Shown piece after piece: positions 1-10,322 of a stretch of DNA of 36,870 nucleotides. Numbering within the stretch: the first letter of the stretch is position 1; the number at the start of each line of letters is the position of its first letter. The stretch lies in NCBI GenBank assembly GCA_000934665.2, contig KZ539516.1, positions 1 through 36,870 of the forward strand, read 5' to 3'. Made by a program: the position numbers and the translations under genes. The notes under the pieces were generated by a model that was not told the DNA's origin, ran no database searches, and was given only the letters and a program-made list of their open reading frames with translations. Source of the DNA: Catajapyx aquilonaris (Eukaryota).

Positions 1-725
1 CACCATTGCCTAGGATTGCAGATATCTGAATAGGAATTGGTATTCTAATACACCAATGATGCCCCTCACCACATGTGCTGAAATACATTTAAAAAATCCC
101 TTTTCTTTTACTAGCCCTTGTATAATGTGACTGATTTTTTGATATACCAATTGTTCATTATAACTAGAACTAGTAATGCAGTGCAATATGACTGTATTGC
201 ACTGCATTACTCCATTTCAACATGTTTACTCACTGTCAGTGTTGTAAAATCATTTATTTCGTTGCATGACTGTGTTTTTTAATGAACAGTTGGTGTCTCA
301 AAAAATCAGTCACAATCCACCTTTGCTTGCGAACTACAAATTCAATATAATCAGGAGTGAATAACTGATATAATCTATTCTTCTTTGCACCTCCTCTTAT
401 GATTTGAAAGTGAAGAAAATTGCAAAATTAAGACTTTAAAATGCAGATTTTCACAATACTCAAATCTAAAACTAAGTTACACATGTTTCTGGCAGTATTA
501 CAAACAACTTCCACTAAATATTTTGGTGGCCAGAAGAAAAAATAATCCTGGAAGAGATCCTTTGTTAATTTGTCAGATGCAGTTACTTTACTTTAATGTG
601 AATTTGGTTAGCTCAAAAATGATTCCAGTATGTGCTACACTGCTACAGTATATAAAATAATAAAGGTCCATGCAACATTCCCCACGAAGGGGTCAAAGCA
701 CTACATGGATTATTATTTCATTCAA

Positions 726-863
726 CTCCAGATATAAGAGACTTCAAGGGACCTGAGAGGGGACAATTAGGAGCTGACCTGGCCAGAATGGCCCTACAGC
801 TATATGGAAGTGTGCGAGTTGGCTAACCGAGGGTTCTTACGGCCAAGTCTCTTATATCTGGAG
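726..863. mobile_element. 138-bp mini-MITE with 19-bp terminal inverted repeats and apparent 4-bp TSD (TCAA)
   Basis: CTCCAGATATAAGAGACTT (726-744) is the exact reverse complement of AAGTCTCTTATATCTGGAG (845-863). TCAA lies at 722-725 and 864-867. Confidence 0.7.
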
Positions 864-1036
864 TCAACTGTGTGAAAAATATTGTGATCCACTAAAGGTT
901 GGTACAAAATTGTCTTTCATTGTGAGGTGAACCATTGAGCTAATATCAGAAGCATAAATACTGGAATTTCAATGGAACTGCATGAGAGGTTGTAGAGTTG
1001 TGGCATTGTCATCAGAGACCAATTGTAGCACATTAA

Positions 1037-1498
1037 AGGGACACTCCACTCAAAATACAAGTTGTGTTCTAAAAATCAGGCAAAAAATCCTGATTCCGAG
1101 GGTATAAGCAGTTTTTCTTAGAGGCGAATGGTAAGGCCAGTGTGAAAGCTGGAAGTGTGTCGTTCGATAACCGCGCGCGGGGCGGTGGGCGCAGGTGGCG
1201 GTGGGCGCAGGTGGCGGTGGGCGCAGGTGGCGGTGGGCGCAGGTGGCGACGCCACCAGAGTGGAACCAGGCGGAACTAGACCAGGGACGCCTGGCACGGC
1301 AGGTGTTTACTGTACGCGCTATACTTCTCCGGTTTGCCGCGGGATGGTGCTGTATCGCCCTTCTTAGCAGACGACGTGTGTAGATATATGATTTTCCGCG
1401 TTACTGTTGGGCGTAGAAAAAAACCTATTGCACATTCGGAATCAGGATTTTTTCCCCTATTTTTGGGGGCCAACTTGTATTTTTTGTGGAGTGTCCCT
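1037..1498. mobile_element. Non-autonomous DNA transposon (MITE), Kolobok/T2-like: TTAA TSD, AGG...CCT termini, ~65-bp imperfect TIRs
   Basis: TTAA at 1033-1036 and 1499-1502. The left end AGGGACACTCCACTCAAAATACAAGTTG...AAAAAATCCTGATTCCGA matches the reverse complement of the right end (AGGGACACTCCACAAAAAATACAAGTTG...AAAAAATCCTGATTCCGA). TTAA plus purine-purine termini fits Kolobok rather than piggyBac (CC termini). Confidence 0.85.
1181..1248 (+). repeat. Perfect 16-bp tandem repeat GGCGGTGGGCGCAGGT x4.25 inside the MITE
   Basis: Units at 1181, 1197, 1213 and 1229, plus partial GGCG at 1245-1248. Confidence 0.95.
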
Positions 1499-1601
1499 TT
1501 AAGTTGCATGGTTGAAATCTGCAATAAATCAACTTTTCAGTAGAATAATATAGTTGCACTTAGGTAATTTTAAACTGATAAATGTACATGTTTCTTTTTA
1601 G

Positions 1602-2462
1602 GGACAGTATTCAGCTGCAGGGAATGGTGAATGGGAGCTGATATCAAAGCGCTACAGGAAGAAGATACACTTTTGCGGTTTTTGTGACAGAGGGTACACA
1701 AACAAAATTAAACTTGACAGGCACATGCTTATTCACCAAAGCAAGAAGTATCTCCAATGCAACCACTGCGACTCTGTCTTCAAACTACAAAGCAGCCTAG
1801 AGTCTCATGTTCTTGCAAAGCACACCAATATTACCTCCAAGTCCTCTGCTTGTCAAGAAAATGCAAATGGCGGGTCAGTGAATGGCAATAAAAAGTTCGC
1901 CAATATTACCTCCAAGTCCTCTGCTTGTCAAGAAAATGCAAAAGGCAAGGCAGTAAATGGCAATAAAACGTTGGCGTGCAGTGTGTGTCGACATGAGTTT
2001 CAGTTTAAGACGAACTGGCAGATGCATATGATCGTGACACACCCAGAAGTAGAAGTTAAAGTTATACAAGGGCACACTGCAAAGCAGATTAAACAGAAGA
2101 AGTTCACTACTGTCACAAAGGCTAGTTCTGATAGTGTTTGCACACCTGTCATTTCTCATTCTGTAACGTCCAACGAAACTGTACATGGGGTAGGTAATAT
2201 TAAGAGGCTGGAAAAGGAAAAGATTTTGACACGTGTCCCACAAGTGAAGAAGCGGAGGAGTCTCTCTTCTGCACCTAAGAGAAAAGGCACCAAATGCAAT
2301 GTTTGTGGAAAGAGCTTTAAGAACCAAAGAGCTTATAAGTGGCATGCTCTCCTTCATCCTATAGAGAAACCGTCGCAATGCTTCACATGTGGGAAGATGT
2401 ACAAAAAAGGGGATCCTTTGCATCTTCATGAGCGCAAAGTTATGTGCAGCTTCGTAGAATAA
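1602..2462 (+). CDS. Terminal coding exon of a C2H2 zinc-finger protein (5 fingers visible; upstream exons not identified)
   Basis: Acceptor ttctttttag at 1592-1601. The frame is open from 1602 (GQYSAAGNGEWE...) to TAA at 2462. Fingers: CGFC..HMLIH, CNHC..HVLAKH, CSVC..HMIVTH, CNVC..HALLH and a final CFTC..HERKVMC (C2HC). Confidence 0.85.
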   Translation, partial: GQYSAAGNGEWELISKRYRKKIHFCGFCDRGYTNKIKLDRHMLIHQSKKYLQCNHCDSVFKLQSSLESHVLAKHTNITSKSSACQENANGGSVNGNKKFANITSKSSACQENAKGKAVNGNKTLACSVCRHEFQFKTNWQMHMIVTHPEVEVKVIQGHTAKQIKQKKFTTVTKASSDSVCTPVISHSVTSNETVHGVGNIKRLEKEKILTRVPQVKKRRSLSSAPKRKGTKCNVCGKSFKNQRAYKWHALLHPIEKPSQCFTCGKMYKKGDPLHLHERKVMCSFVE

Positions 2463-2825
2463 GATCACATAAGTAATGTGTGCGCATAAGACTGGCGGTA
2501 AAAAGGAGCAGTGTTAGAAGTGATTCCTGTATGGGAATAAGCTAATCGTTTTGTGGTCTTTTGGGAAAATGAGTTCCAGCTGTAAACACACCTGTTATGG
2601 TTTTAAATGTCAAAGATTTACTGTTACCGGTAGTTTTTGCTCACTTGAACTGTGGAGTAGTGTATTAAAGTGTATACCAAAGTAGACCATTAAACGATTG
2701 CAAACCGAAACACCCTTTGAACTATTTTTATTACTGCTCTACTGGTGCTTGCCACTGCCTAATTATTCAGGTCAAGAACCAAAATATCCTTAACCTTTCC
2801 ATCCCATATGTATATTTCAGGCTTT

Positions 2826-3000
2826 TGGGTGGCAGCATTGCAGTGGTCAGTGCCACAGCCTTTCACTTGTGAGGACTTGTGTTTGATGCCAAAACGGAGG
2901 ACTTTCGTAAGAAAAGAAAGAGCTCAGGAAAGAATTTTGGTGGATATTTTCCATGTTTGTGTGGTTCTGTTGGTATTCTCATGTTTCCTTCTATATGACC
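2826..3000 (+). mobile_element. Degenerate copy of the V-SINE-like tRNA-derived SINE seen at 35341
   Basis: AGTGGTCAGTGCCACAGCCTTTCACTTG matches AGTGGTTAGCGCCACAGCCTTCCACCTG of the 35341 copy. Downstream TTTCCATGTTTGTGTGGTT...TTCTCATGTTTCCTTC matches the core. Confidence 0.6.
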
Positions 3001-3003
3001 CCA

Positions 3004-3106
3004 ACTCTGCACGAGATGAAGGGGGGGAAACCCGGGCTTGTGATTGAACCCAGGAACCCTTCCATCCGTGGGCGAGTATGTTTCTGCAGCGCCACTCTGC
3101 CTCCCC
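3004..3106 (-). mobile_element. Head-only fragment of the tRNA-derived SINE family at 30087-30429
   Basis: About 100 bp aligns colinearly with 30331-30428 (GAGATGAAGGGGGG..CCCGGG..GAACCC..CATCCG.GGGCG..GCAGCGCCACT..GCCTCCCC). Confidence 0.85.
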
Positions 3107-4377
3107 AACAACAGTTGTGACTTGGATCACACCTGGCACCGGCCCCTGATAGCCAGAAGTGTCTGTGATCAAGTGCTTTTTCAAATTCACTGCATAACCT
3201 GGTTAACTCGGGCTGGAGTGCATGTTTAATAATAAATTCAGAACATCCTTGTTATTTATTACGCTGAACTTGTTACACCGACAATAAATGACAAGAATCA
3301 GCCACTTTTCTGGATTCACTATCAATCACATACCCTAGCCATGATGTTAACACTGAATGAAACTGTACATGCTGTTCTTAGGTCTGTGCAATTGCACAAG
3401 ATCTCAACTTCTAACCTTAACCATAAGTTTCTGACCTTGAACAGGTTGATATTTCAAAGGCAGAGATTGGGAAAATGTATAATTTTCTGGAAGAGCACCT
3501 ATTACACGTAAATGTCACGACTTGAAAAGTGGCACTGACAAATTACATTACAGTTGCCATTGGAGGGAAAAGCTGATCTGAGCAAACAGCCATGGAATGT
3601 AGGACTGTAGTAAGGTGAAGCATTGACCAAGAATGTTGCGAAATAAATATTGGGCTTACCAGGGATTTTTAATATTACTTCTCTTCTACATGCCCTTGAC
3701 CATGGCAATGTTCACATAATAATATTAGACATAATTTCTGTATCTTATACAATTGAGATCAGTGTAAGATTGGCATATTCCTACAATAAGTCATGTGCAT
3801 ATAACATTCATGAAACTGCTATTTTGATGGTGCATTATTTTTGTTGAAAATGGTTTAGAAACACCGAATTTGGGCGTACAAATCAATTAGTGGTGCGTAT
3901 GAAATGAGAAAAAAACCAGAAGCAGAAATGTGAGTAAATTCAATTCAGTTGAGAGCATCAAAAGCCACACTGAATAAAATAATATGCTCAATGTGCCCTA
4001 TTTCAATGCACTCAATATTGACAAAATGTTGCTCATTTCATTCAGAATCCCATTTATCAATCAGAAAAGGCACTATCATTGTTAATTGCCAAATTCAATC
4101 GAAAGGAATTTTAACTGCAAAAAGTATTGCATTGTAAATGTCATGTGCATCTTGTGCATAAAGTTAGCTTCCCTGTAATTTAACAGTGATTTAGAAATGG
4201 ATGGAACTATCACTTGCAGTTGGTAACATTATGCAATGTAGGCCTATACTATTTGCATTGCTCTCTCGGCCTTGGGACTAGTGACACACAACCAAAGCAA
4301 CACTAGTGCGCTGGACCATGAAATTATCACAGTAATTAATGCAACAAGATAATTACATTGCATTGCTTCCCACCACC

Positions 4378-7300
4378 TTAGATTACCCCACCACTCTGCT
4401 GCAATGCCTTGATGAGAGATTTGTTATGTTCTGCAACTATTTGCATTGCAGCCTTCTGAAGGGGCTCATAGTCTGTCTCAGCTCTCTTGGCCTGGATGAA
4501 CTCATCTGTCACGAAGTTATTCTTCTCCAGCAAGGCCCACTTCTTCTCCAGGTTCACCAATTGTACATAAGTATCATTTTCTGACAGCTGCCTCTGAAAA
4601 ATTAATGGAAACGCCAAATTAATGAGCTTCCAATTGAGTGCAGAAAGTCTTTCTGATAATGCATGACTATCACCTCTGTGGGTTTAAAAAAATTATATTT
4701 AATGAATTAAAATCCCTTCAAACTCATCCTCGCTCTAAGGGTTAAATGCATGTCTTTAGTTGCTTAGAGTGAGTATGAGTTGGGCAAGAAGGTGATAAAA
4801 TGTTGCTACCAATGATGCCAATATGCAAGCAACATTGGAGCAATGCAAATGTACTATAAACCACAAAAGTAATGTAGCACTGTTATGTGATGATGTCCAT
4901 GATGACTTGTTGCTTAGCATGGGTTGGTGGATCCCGGAATATTGCCTAATTAACATCGGTAACTCTGCAACACCCATGTTAAACAACGTTGCGGACGTCA
5001 TCACATAAGAGTGTGACATTACTTTCGCGGTTAATAGTACAACATTCAAAATTGCAGTGGGGAAAAATAAGTGGGAAACCTAAGGTTGTGGGGAGAGTAT
5101 AAGCAGGTAATGAAATTATTATCTGACGTAATACTTTCACAGCCTCTTCACGAACAGCTCTCATCAACCTATTCTAGTCACAACTCGATTTGGTAAACAC
5201 CAAGTTTTTGATTGTTTTTCTAAAACATTGGACTTTAGTAGTTAAATGAATTTTGATCTAGTATGTGGGTTGTTGGCTGTAACCCCCCCAGTTAATACAA
5301 TATTAATACTAACGATGACATATAAGCCCCTACACATACCTTAAGATTGTCATGTTTGACTTGCAAATCCTGAACAGAATGAAGCAGCATCTCCCTGGCC
5401 CTGTGTAGTTTCTCTCTCTGTTGAGCTAGAGCTTGCCTCTTCTCCTCAGCCTTGGCCCTCACTTGATCCATGTCTGAGAGGCAACCCCCTGGGCCCATCT
5501 CACCATCCATTGTCTTCATTTTTTCCTTCAGACTAACCATCTCTTTCCGAATCTTATCCTCCAGAGCCTCCACTTTGCCCAGATTGGCCTGTAAGAGGAA
5601 AGAGAACAGGAAGAGGTCAAGTCAAGGAATACGTTGACGCTTTACTGATATCCTAGATTTGTGTGCCTAGCACTTGGATGATTTTACATTCCAAGGGCTT
5701 GTTGCAAGATCAATAGAAAACTCAGCACAATAATTAATCCTACATCAATAAGTTGTGATCAACGCCTTGTTCAGGGTCTTGATCATTCCTTCATCATTCC
5801 TCTGCTTATTTCAATTGCCATGTGTTAAAGGTGCGAATCATTCTCTAACCACATTGGCATAAGTTACTACATTGACTCTGAAAGTTCAGTGATGGACTTA
5901 CCTGCAACTGTTTCTGCTCCTCAGCTAGTCCTTCTACAGTCATTCTGGACTTTCGTAGCTCTCCTTCCTTGAGGGTCAGGTCTTCCTTCAAAGTGCTGAA
6001 GTCACTAACACTGTAAAAATCAGTAGATGGAATTCCTAAACTTGTGATGTGAGTGGAGTCCAAGAATAACGTCCTTAACAAGTGAGTACTGGCATGTGTG
6101 AGCACAACTACATTTTGTAAAATAACTATCTTGTACATAAGATGACCATAAATGAAAGTACAACACTTCCAAATTCTACTCGTCTAAGACATCTGACTCA
6201 TCTGAGAACAAATTGCTACACAAAAAAGGCTTGACAAGTCCAGTGGTGTAACTAGCTTGGGTGAATGTAACTGACAAAGTACATTGGAATCCCCCTTGTA
6301 AGCACATCAGATATAAGCAAGTAGAAAGGTCGGTCTCTTCATATTTCCAGCAGTGCCAATGTATAATTCATTTACTTTATAGACATCGCTATAACGTAAC
6401 TCGAAAAAAACAAATTCTCCAGTAGGCCTATCTTGAATTTTTCATTGCGTGAGAATATTTGTAGGGTTACGCCAATGGGCAAGTCTTGACTGATGCTTGC
6501 AAATTCAATACAGATCCCAAGGGATGCCATATACATACTAAGGGCATTTAAATGCTAGCTCATCCTGCACATTCTGTAATGTGGCGTGGTCTTCACTTGC
6601 TAGTGGACAGTAGTGTATGGCAGATTCTGTTTTTCAATTATTTTTTAGGACTGTGGAAATGGTGGTACATCAAGTTTGCCTTTGACAGAGCCCCAGAAAA
6701 TCAATCAAGAGGCACGAGATCTGGCCTTGTAATAGGACATGAAACACTTCTTGGACACTAGGAAAGTGTGTGCATCAAGTAATCTTAGTGATATGGAAAG
6801 TGTGGGATGACCTAGCATTTACACTTCGACTTACACAGATCTGGATTGACGTTATATAAAAAAACAGAATAATCCACTTCTGTAAGTCAGGGACTCGCTG
6901 TACTTTCATTTACAGCCACATTGTGAATTTGAAACAATATTTAAAGCTCATTCTTTTAAGGATCATTCATATTGTTGCACTCACAATAAGTCATATTTCA
7001 CAATTGCACATTGGTCATGATTAAATGACTAAGCTCATGTAGCTCAGGGTTGTTGTCATATTATCTGTTTCTCTCTGGTTACAAAGCTAAGAATTTACAC
7101 CTCATATTCAGCTAGGAAGTACCTGCTTGCTAATGTTCTGTCTCGGATTTTCCACACATGAAATGCACTATTCTTCCTCTCCTGTTATAAGTCAGCTCTT
7201 ACCCACCATCTTATCTGAATGCCACCCTCCTCTGGATCTCTAGTGATAACTGAAAGCAATACTATACTCCAAAATATGTGGAGTTGTCATGCCTTGAATA

Positions 7301-10136
7301 TGATCATTTCTGAGGTGTAGTGTGCCAATTGCATACATGTGACAACTTCAGGGGTCAGTGAATTTCTTAAATTACAATTATCATGGTGGCTCATAGTTCA
7401 AATAAGGCAAGGGATGAGAGATGCCTTTTAATAGAAGAAAAAGGATTCGCATTATGAACTTATTAGAAATGAGACATCAACCAGCTACAACTGAAACTAA
7501 CCTGGGCATTTGTCCAAAGTGTGCGAGGCTCCGTCCCATTTTGTGTAATGTTTCCACAATTTCTCTTTCAACCTCTGCTAATCTAGCCAGCTCCTTAGCC
7601 CTTGAGTCATGGAAGGATGTGAGGAATTCTTCCATGGATTCCTCTCTCCTCCGGAGCTCCCTGTACTTCTGGTTTCTCTCACTTTGCACTTCCTCGAGGT
7701 CCTTCTCCAGTTGAGACACCTCCTCTTTCAGGCGCTTCTTCCTGTCTGCCATCTCTTTTGTCTGCCTCTCCAGTATACCAACCTCACCTGTGTCTGTCTT
7801 CACCTGGGCTAAGAGGCGGGCCTTCTCTTCTTCAGGGCTACCCCTTGAGCGCTCCTCCTCCATCAAGGCATCACGCTTCTCCTCAAGTTCTTCCAGCCTC
7901 TCATATAAGGTGGCTGCCTCACGTTTGCTGGCAGACATTGACACTTCCTCTTCCAGAGCACGCTCCTTTGGATAGCAATGCAATCACAATATGTTTATGA
8001 CCATATTTATATACTTTCTTCACCTTCATAAAAACAAAGTTTCACTTTTAGGTCATAGACAGCTTCTAACATTTAACTCAAAAATTTTAGTTCTCACTGC
8101 ATGCAACCCTGTAATTACTTACTGTGTATGGGCCACAGTCATGAATTCCCCAATACATAAAGCATCATAAAATGTGCTTCAAAATTGTCGGAATAATATT
8201 TTACTTGACAAGCATAAAGTGAAACTTACTCGGTCTTGTAGCTGGTCTAGCTCAGCCCTAAGTCTCTCCATCTCTTCTTGTTGCATTTTTCCTCTCTCTC
8301 TCAGCTCACAGAACTTCTCTCTGACCTCAGGTGCCATATCCTCCATCACACCCTGTGCCCTCTCCCTTTCCCTGGCCAGTTCCTGATCCACCCTTTTGAT
8401 TTCCGCTTCTGCTTCTTGCCTCCGTGCAAAGGCTGCCTCCACTTCTCTGGCCTGTATTTGGTTTCTCCCAACAGCCTCTGCTACCTCTTCCTCTACCTCT
8501 GCCTTCTCTGTGTCTGTGTTCAGCTTGTCAACCAGCAGGTTAAAATCACCCAGCTCTCCTACAGAAATAATTTATTGTGTGTGAAACTTTACATTACAAT
8601 ACACTCCATAATAATTGGATGGTATGGTACAGTGACAATAACATAATGACTAACATCATCAAATTGCACATCTCAGGTCCCTAGCTTTATCCCCAGGTGT
8701 AACAGAGGATTTCCTCATGTGGGATATATAGTTACAGTAGACTCTCAATATAACAGACTTCAAGTGACTGTGGAAATCAGTCTGTAATAACCAGGGTCTG
8801 TTATAGACAAATACACAGGCCATATGTGGAAGTGTGGTGGGACCAGCCTTTTGAGCCTGATATAGCCTAGGCTGGAATATCCAGTCAACTGCATTATGAT
8901 GCATTCTCTATGTGTTGACCTGACTTTTCTAGAGTTCTCCCATCATCCAAAAACCTTCCTTTCCTTTTCGTCTTCTCTTTGCATGCATCCTTGCCTTGCA
9001 TCTGACTATTAGATGAGCCAAATTGAAGTATACTACGATATTTAGTTCATTACGCGTTGCCACCAAGGCTGGTCTTTTCTTGTCAGTGTCTCTTAAAGTC
9101 CTATACTTTCATGTAGATTTTGTAACAAAAATATCATGTTGCTAGTCATTTATAAAATAATGTTACCTTGCAAGCTGCCTAGCTCAGAGGCCAGCTCCTT
9201 AACACGCTGGTCATAAGTAAGAAAGGTGGATTGTTCTCGCCCAAGACGTTCCATGTCAGTTTCAAGGCGAGCTGTTTCAGAGTTCAGGTCAGATATTTTG
9301 GTGCGAAGAAGACCCATGAAGTAGGACTTATCAAACACTTGGCGTTGGGGGCCCTTCACACCTGTCTTCATTCCACTTAGGCCTTGCTGTGTTATGGGAC
9401 GTTCCACCACATTCACCTGTAAAAGTAGGGATCACAAATCAGCTTCAATTCAGTAATAATAAACATGTCTCTTGCTCGACCAAAGTAAGCTCTGTTCAAA
9501 ATTTGAGAATGGAGTTGAAGCACCCATTATGGAAACACCCCAACTCTATGCCCAGACAGTTGGAGTTGGGGTGTTTCCATAGGTGCTTCAGTTTTAGAGT
9601 GATGTATCATAAACTGCAATTAACTTCCATCATTTGTACATCACACTGACCTGCGCAGTGAGACCAACACCAGTTCCCAACCTGGACATTGGTCTTTGCA
9701 CCATGGCAGATGCAAGTCTAGAAGCTGTTCCTGGAGCATTCCTTAAGGCTGTGCTTGGTGCATGCATTGGAGCAGGTCCTCCAGGTGTCATGGGAGTCAT
9801 CATGGCTGCACTCCCCCCCATGGCTCCAATCCCACCTGTTGGAGGTCGACCAGTTTGAGGCCTCCCACTCCATCCCTGCTGCGTCACTGGTCGTTCAGAG
9901 ACCATGTCAATTTGAGGATGGCTAGCAGTGTCTCCCCGACCTCTCCTAGACATTGGACGATCCATTGCTCCACGTCTGCTTCCTGGGCGCTCATCAGAGC
10001 CACGACGTGTTGAGGGACGATCAGAGGTTGTACTGCTGGGTGGATGTTGCGGTGATTCCCCATCATTGGAGCCAACAGACGATGAGGTTGCAACACCTGA
10101 ACGAGTACGAGGTCGCTCTGTAAAATCTGGATCCAT
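4378..10136 (-). CDS. IFT74: Intraflagellar transport protein 74 homolog; complement(join(4378..4593,5340..5588,5902..6010,7502..7965,8230..8558,9167..9416,9651..10136)), ~700 aa
   Basis: All six introns are GT-AG and phase-consistent (0,1,0,2,0,0). Recognisable IFT74 motifs: basic N-terminal RPxS/T repeats, ERPITQQGLSGMKTG..GPQRQVFDKSYFMGLLRTKI, LQGELGDFNLLVDKLNTD, long coiled coil, ERNQKYRELRRREESMEEFL, QLSENDTYVQLVNLEKKWALLEKNNFVTDEFI. The 7965 acceptor (AAG) is the least certain junction. Confidence 0.93.
4838..5057. mobile_element. Degenerate inverted-repeat (foldback/MITE) remnant in last IFT74 intron
   Basis: GTACTATAAACCACAAAAGTAATGTAGCACTGTTATGTGATGATGTCC..TTAGCATGGGT aligns to the reverse complement of ~4970-5045 (GTACTATTAACCGCGAAAGTAATGTCACACTCTTATGTGATGACGTCC..TTAACATGGGT). 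Confidence 0.7.
6600..6760 (-). pseudogene. Relic of a Tc1/mariner-superfamily transposase C-terminus (SPDLTPLDFFLWG type)
   Basis: The minus strand reads TRPDLVPLD, then after a frameshift FWGSVKGKLDVPPFPQS*. This resembles the SPDLTPLDFFLWGYVKxKVY..PLP motif. Confidence 0.55.
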
Positions 10137-10322
10137 TGCTACCCTGTATTTCCCACCTGTAATAATATGTTACATTACCTAATTACCAATGCATTCCATA
10201 CAAATAGCAACAAGCAGATTAAAACAAAAAAAATCAATAGTTTTCAAACATTTTCAACCTGATGTTTACAATGCACCATCAACTATCATAATTAATTAAT
10301 TACGCGCCACCTGCTTACATAC

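Noticed and set aside
1181..1248. CRISPR-like array
   Set aside because: Head-to-tail repeats with no spacers, in a eukaryotic context.
1155..1543. Gly/Arg-rich ORFs
   Set aside because: They are translations of the MITE and its 16-bp tandem repeat.
1875..2468. 197-aa minus-strand ORF
   Set aside because: Antisense shadow of the zinc-finger exon; no recognisable domain.
4706..4745. TTAA..CCCTT / AAGGGTTAA piggyBac-like ends
   Set aside because: Too short and imperfect to call an element.
7421..8646. Several plus-strand Ser/Leu-rich ORFs
   Set aside because: Antisense shadows of Glu/Arg-rich IFT74 coiled-coil exons.
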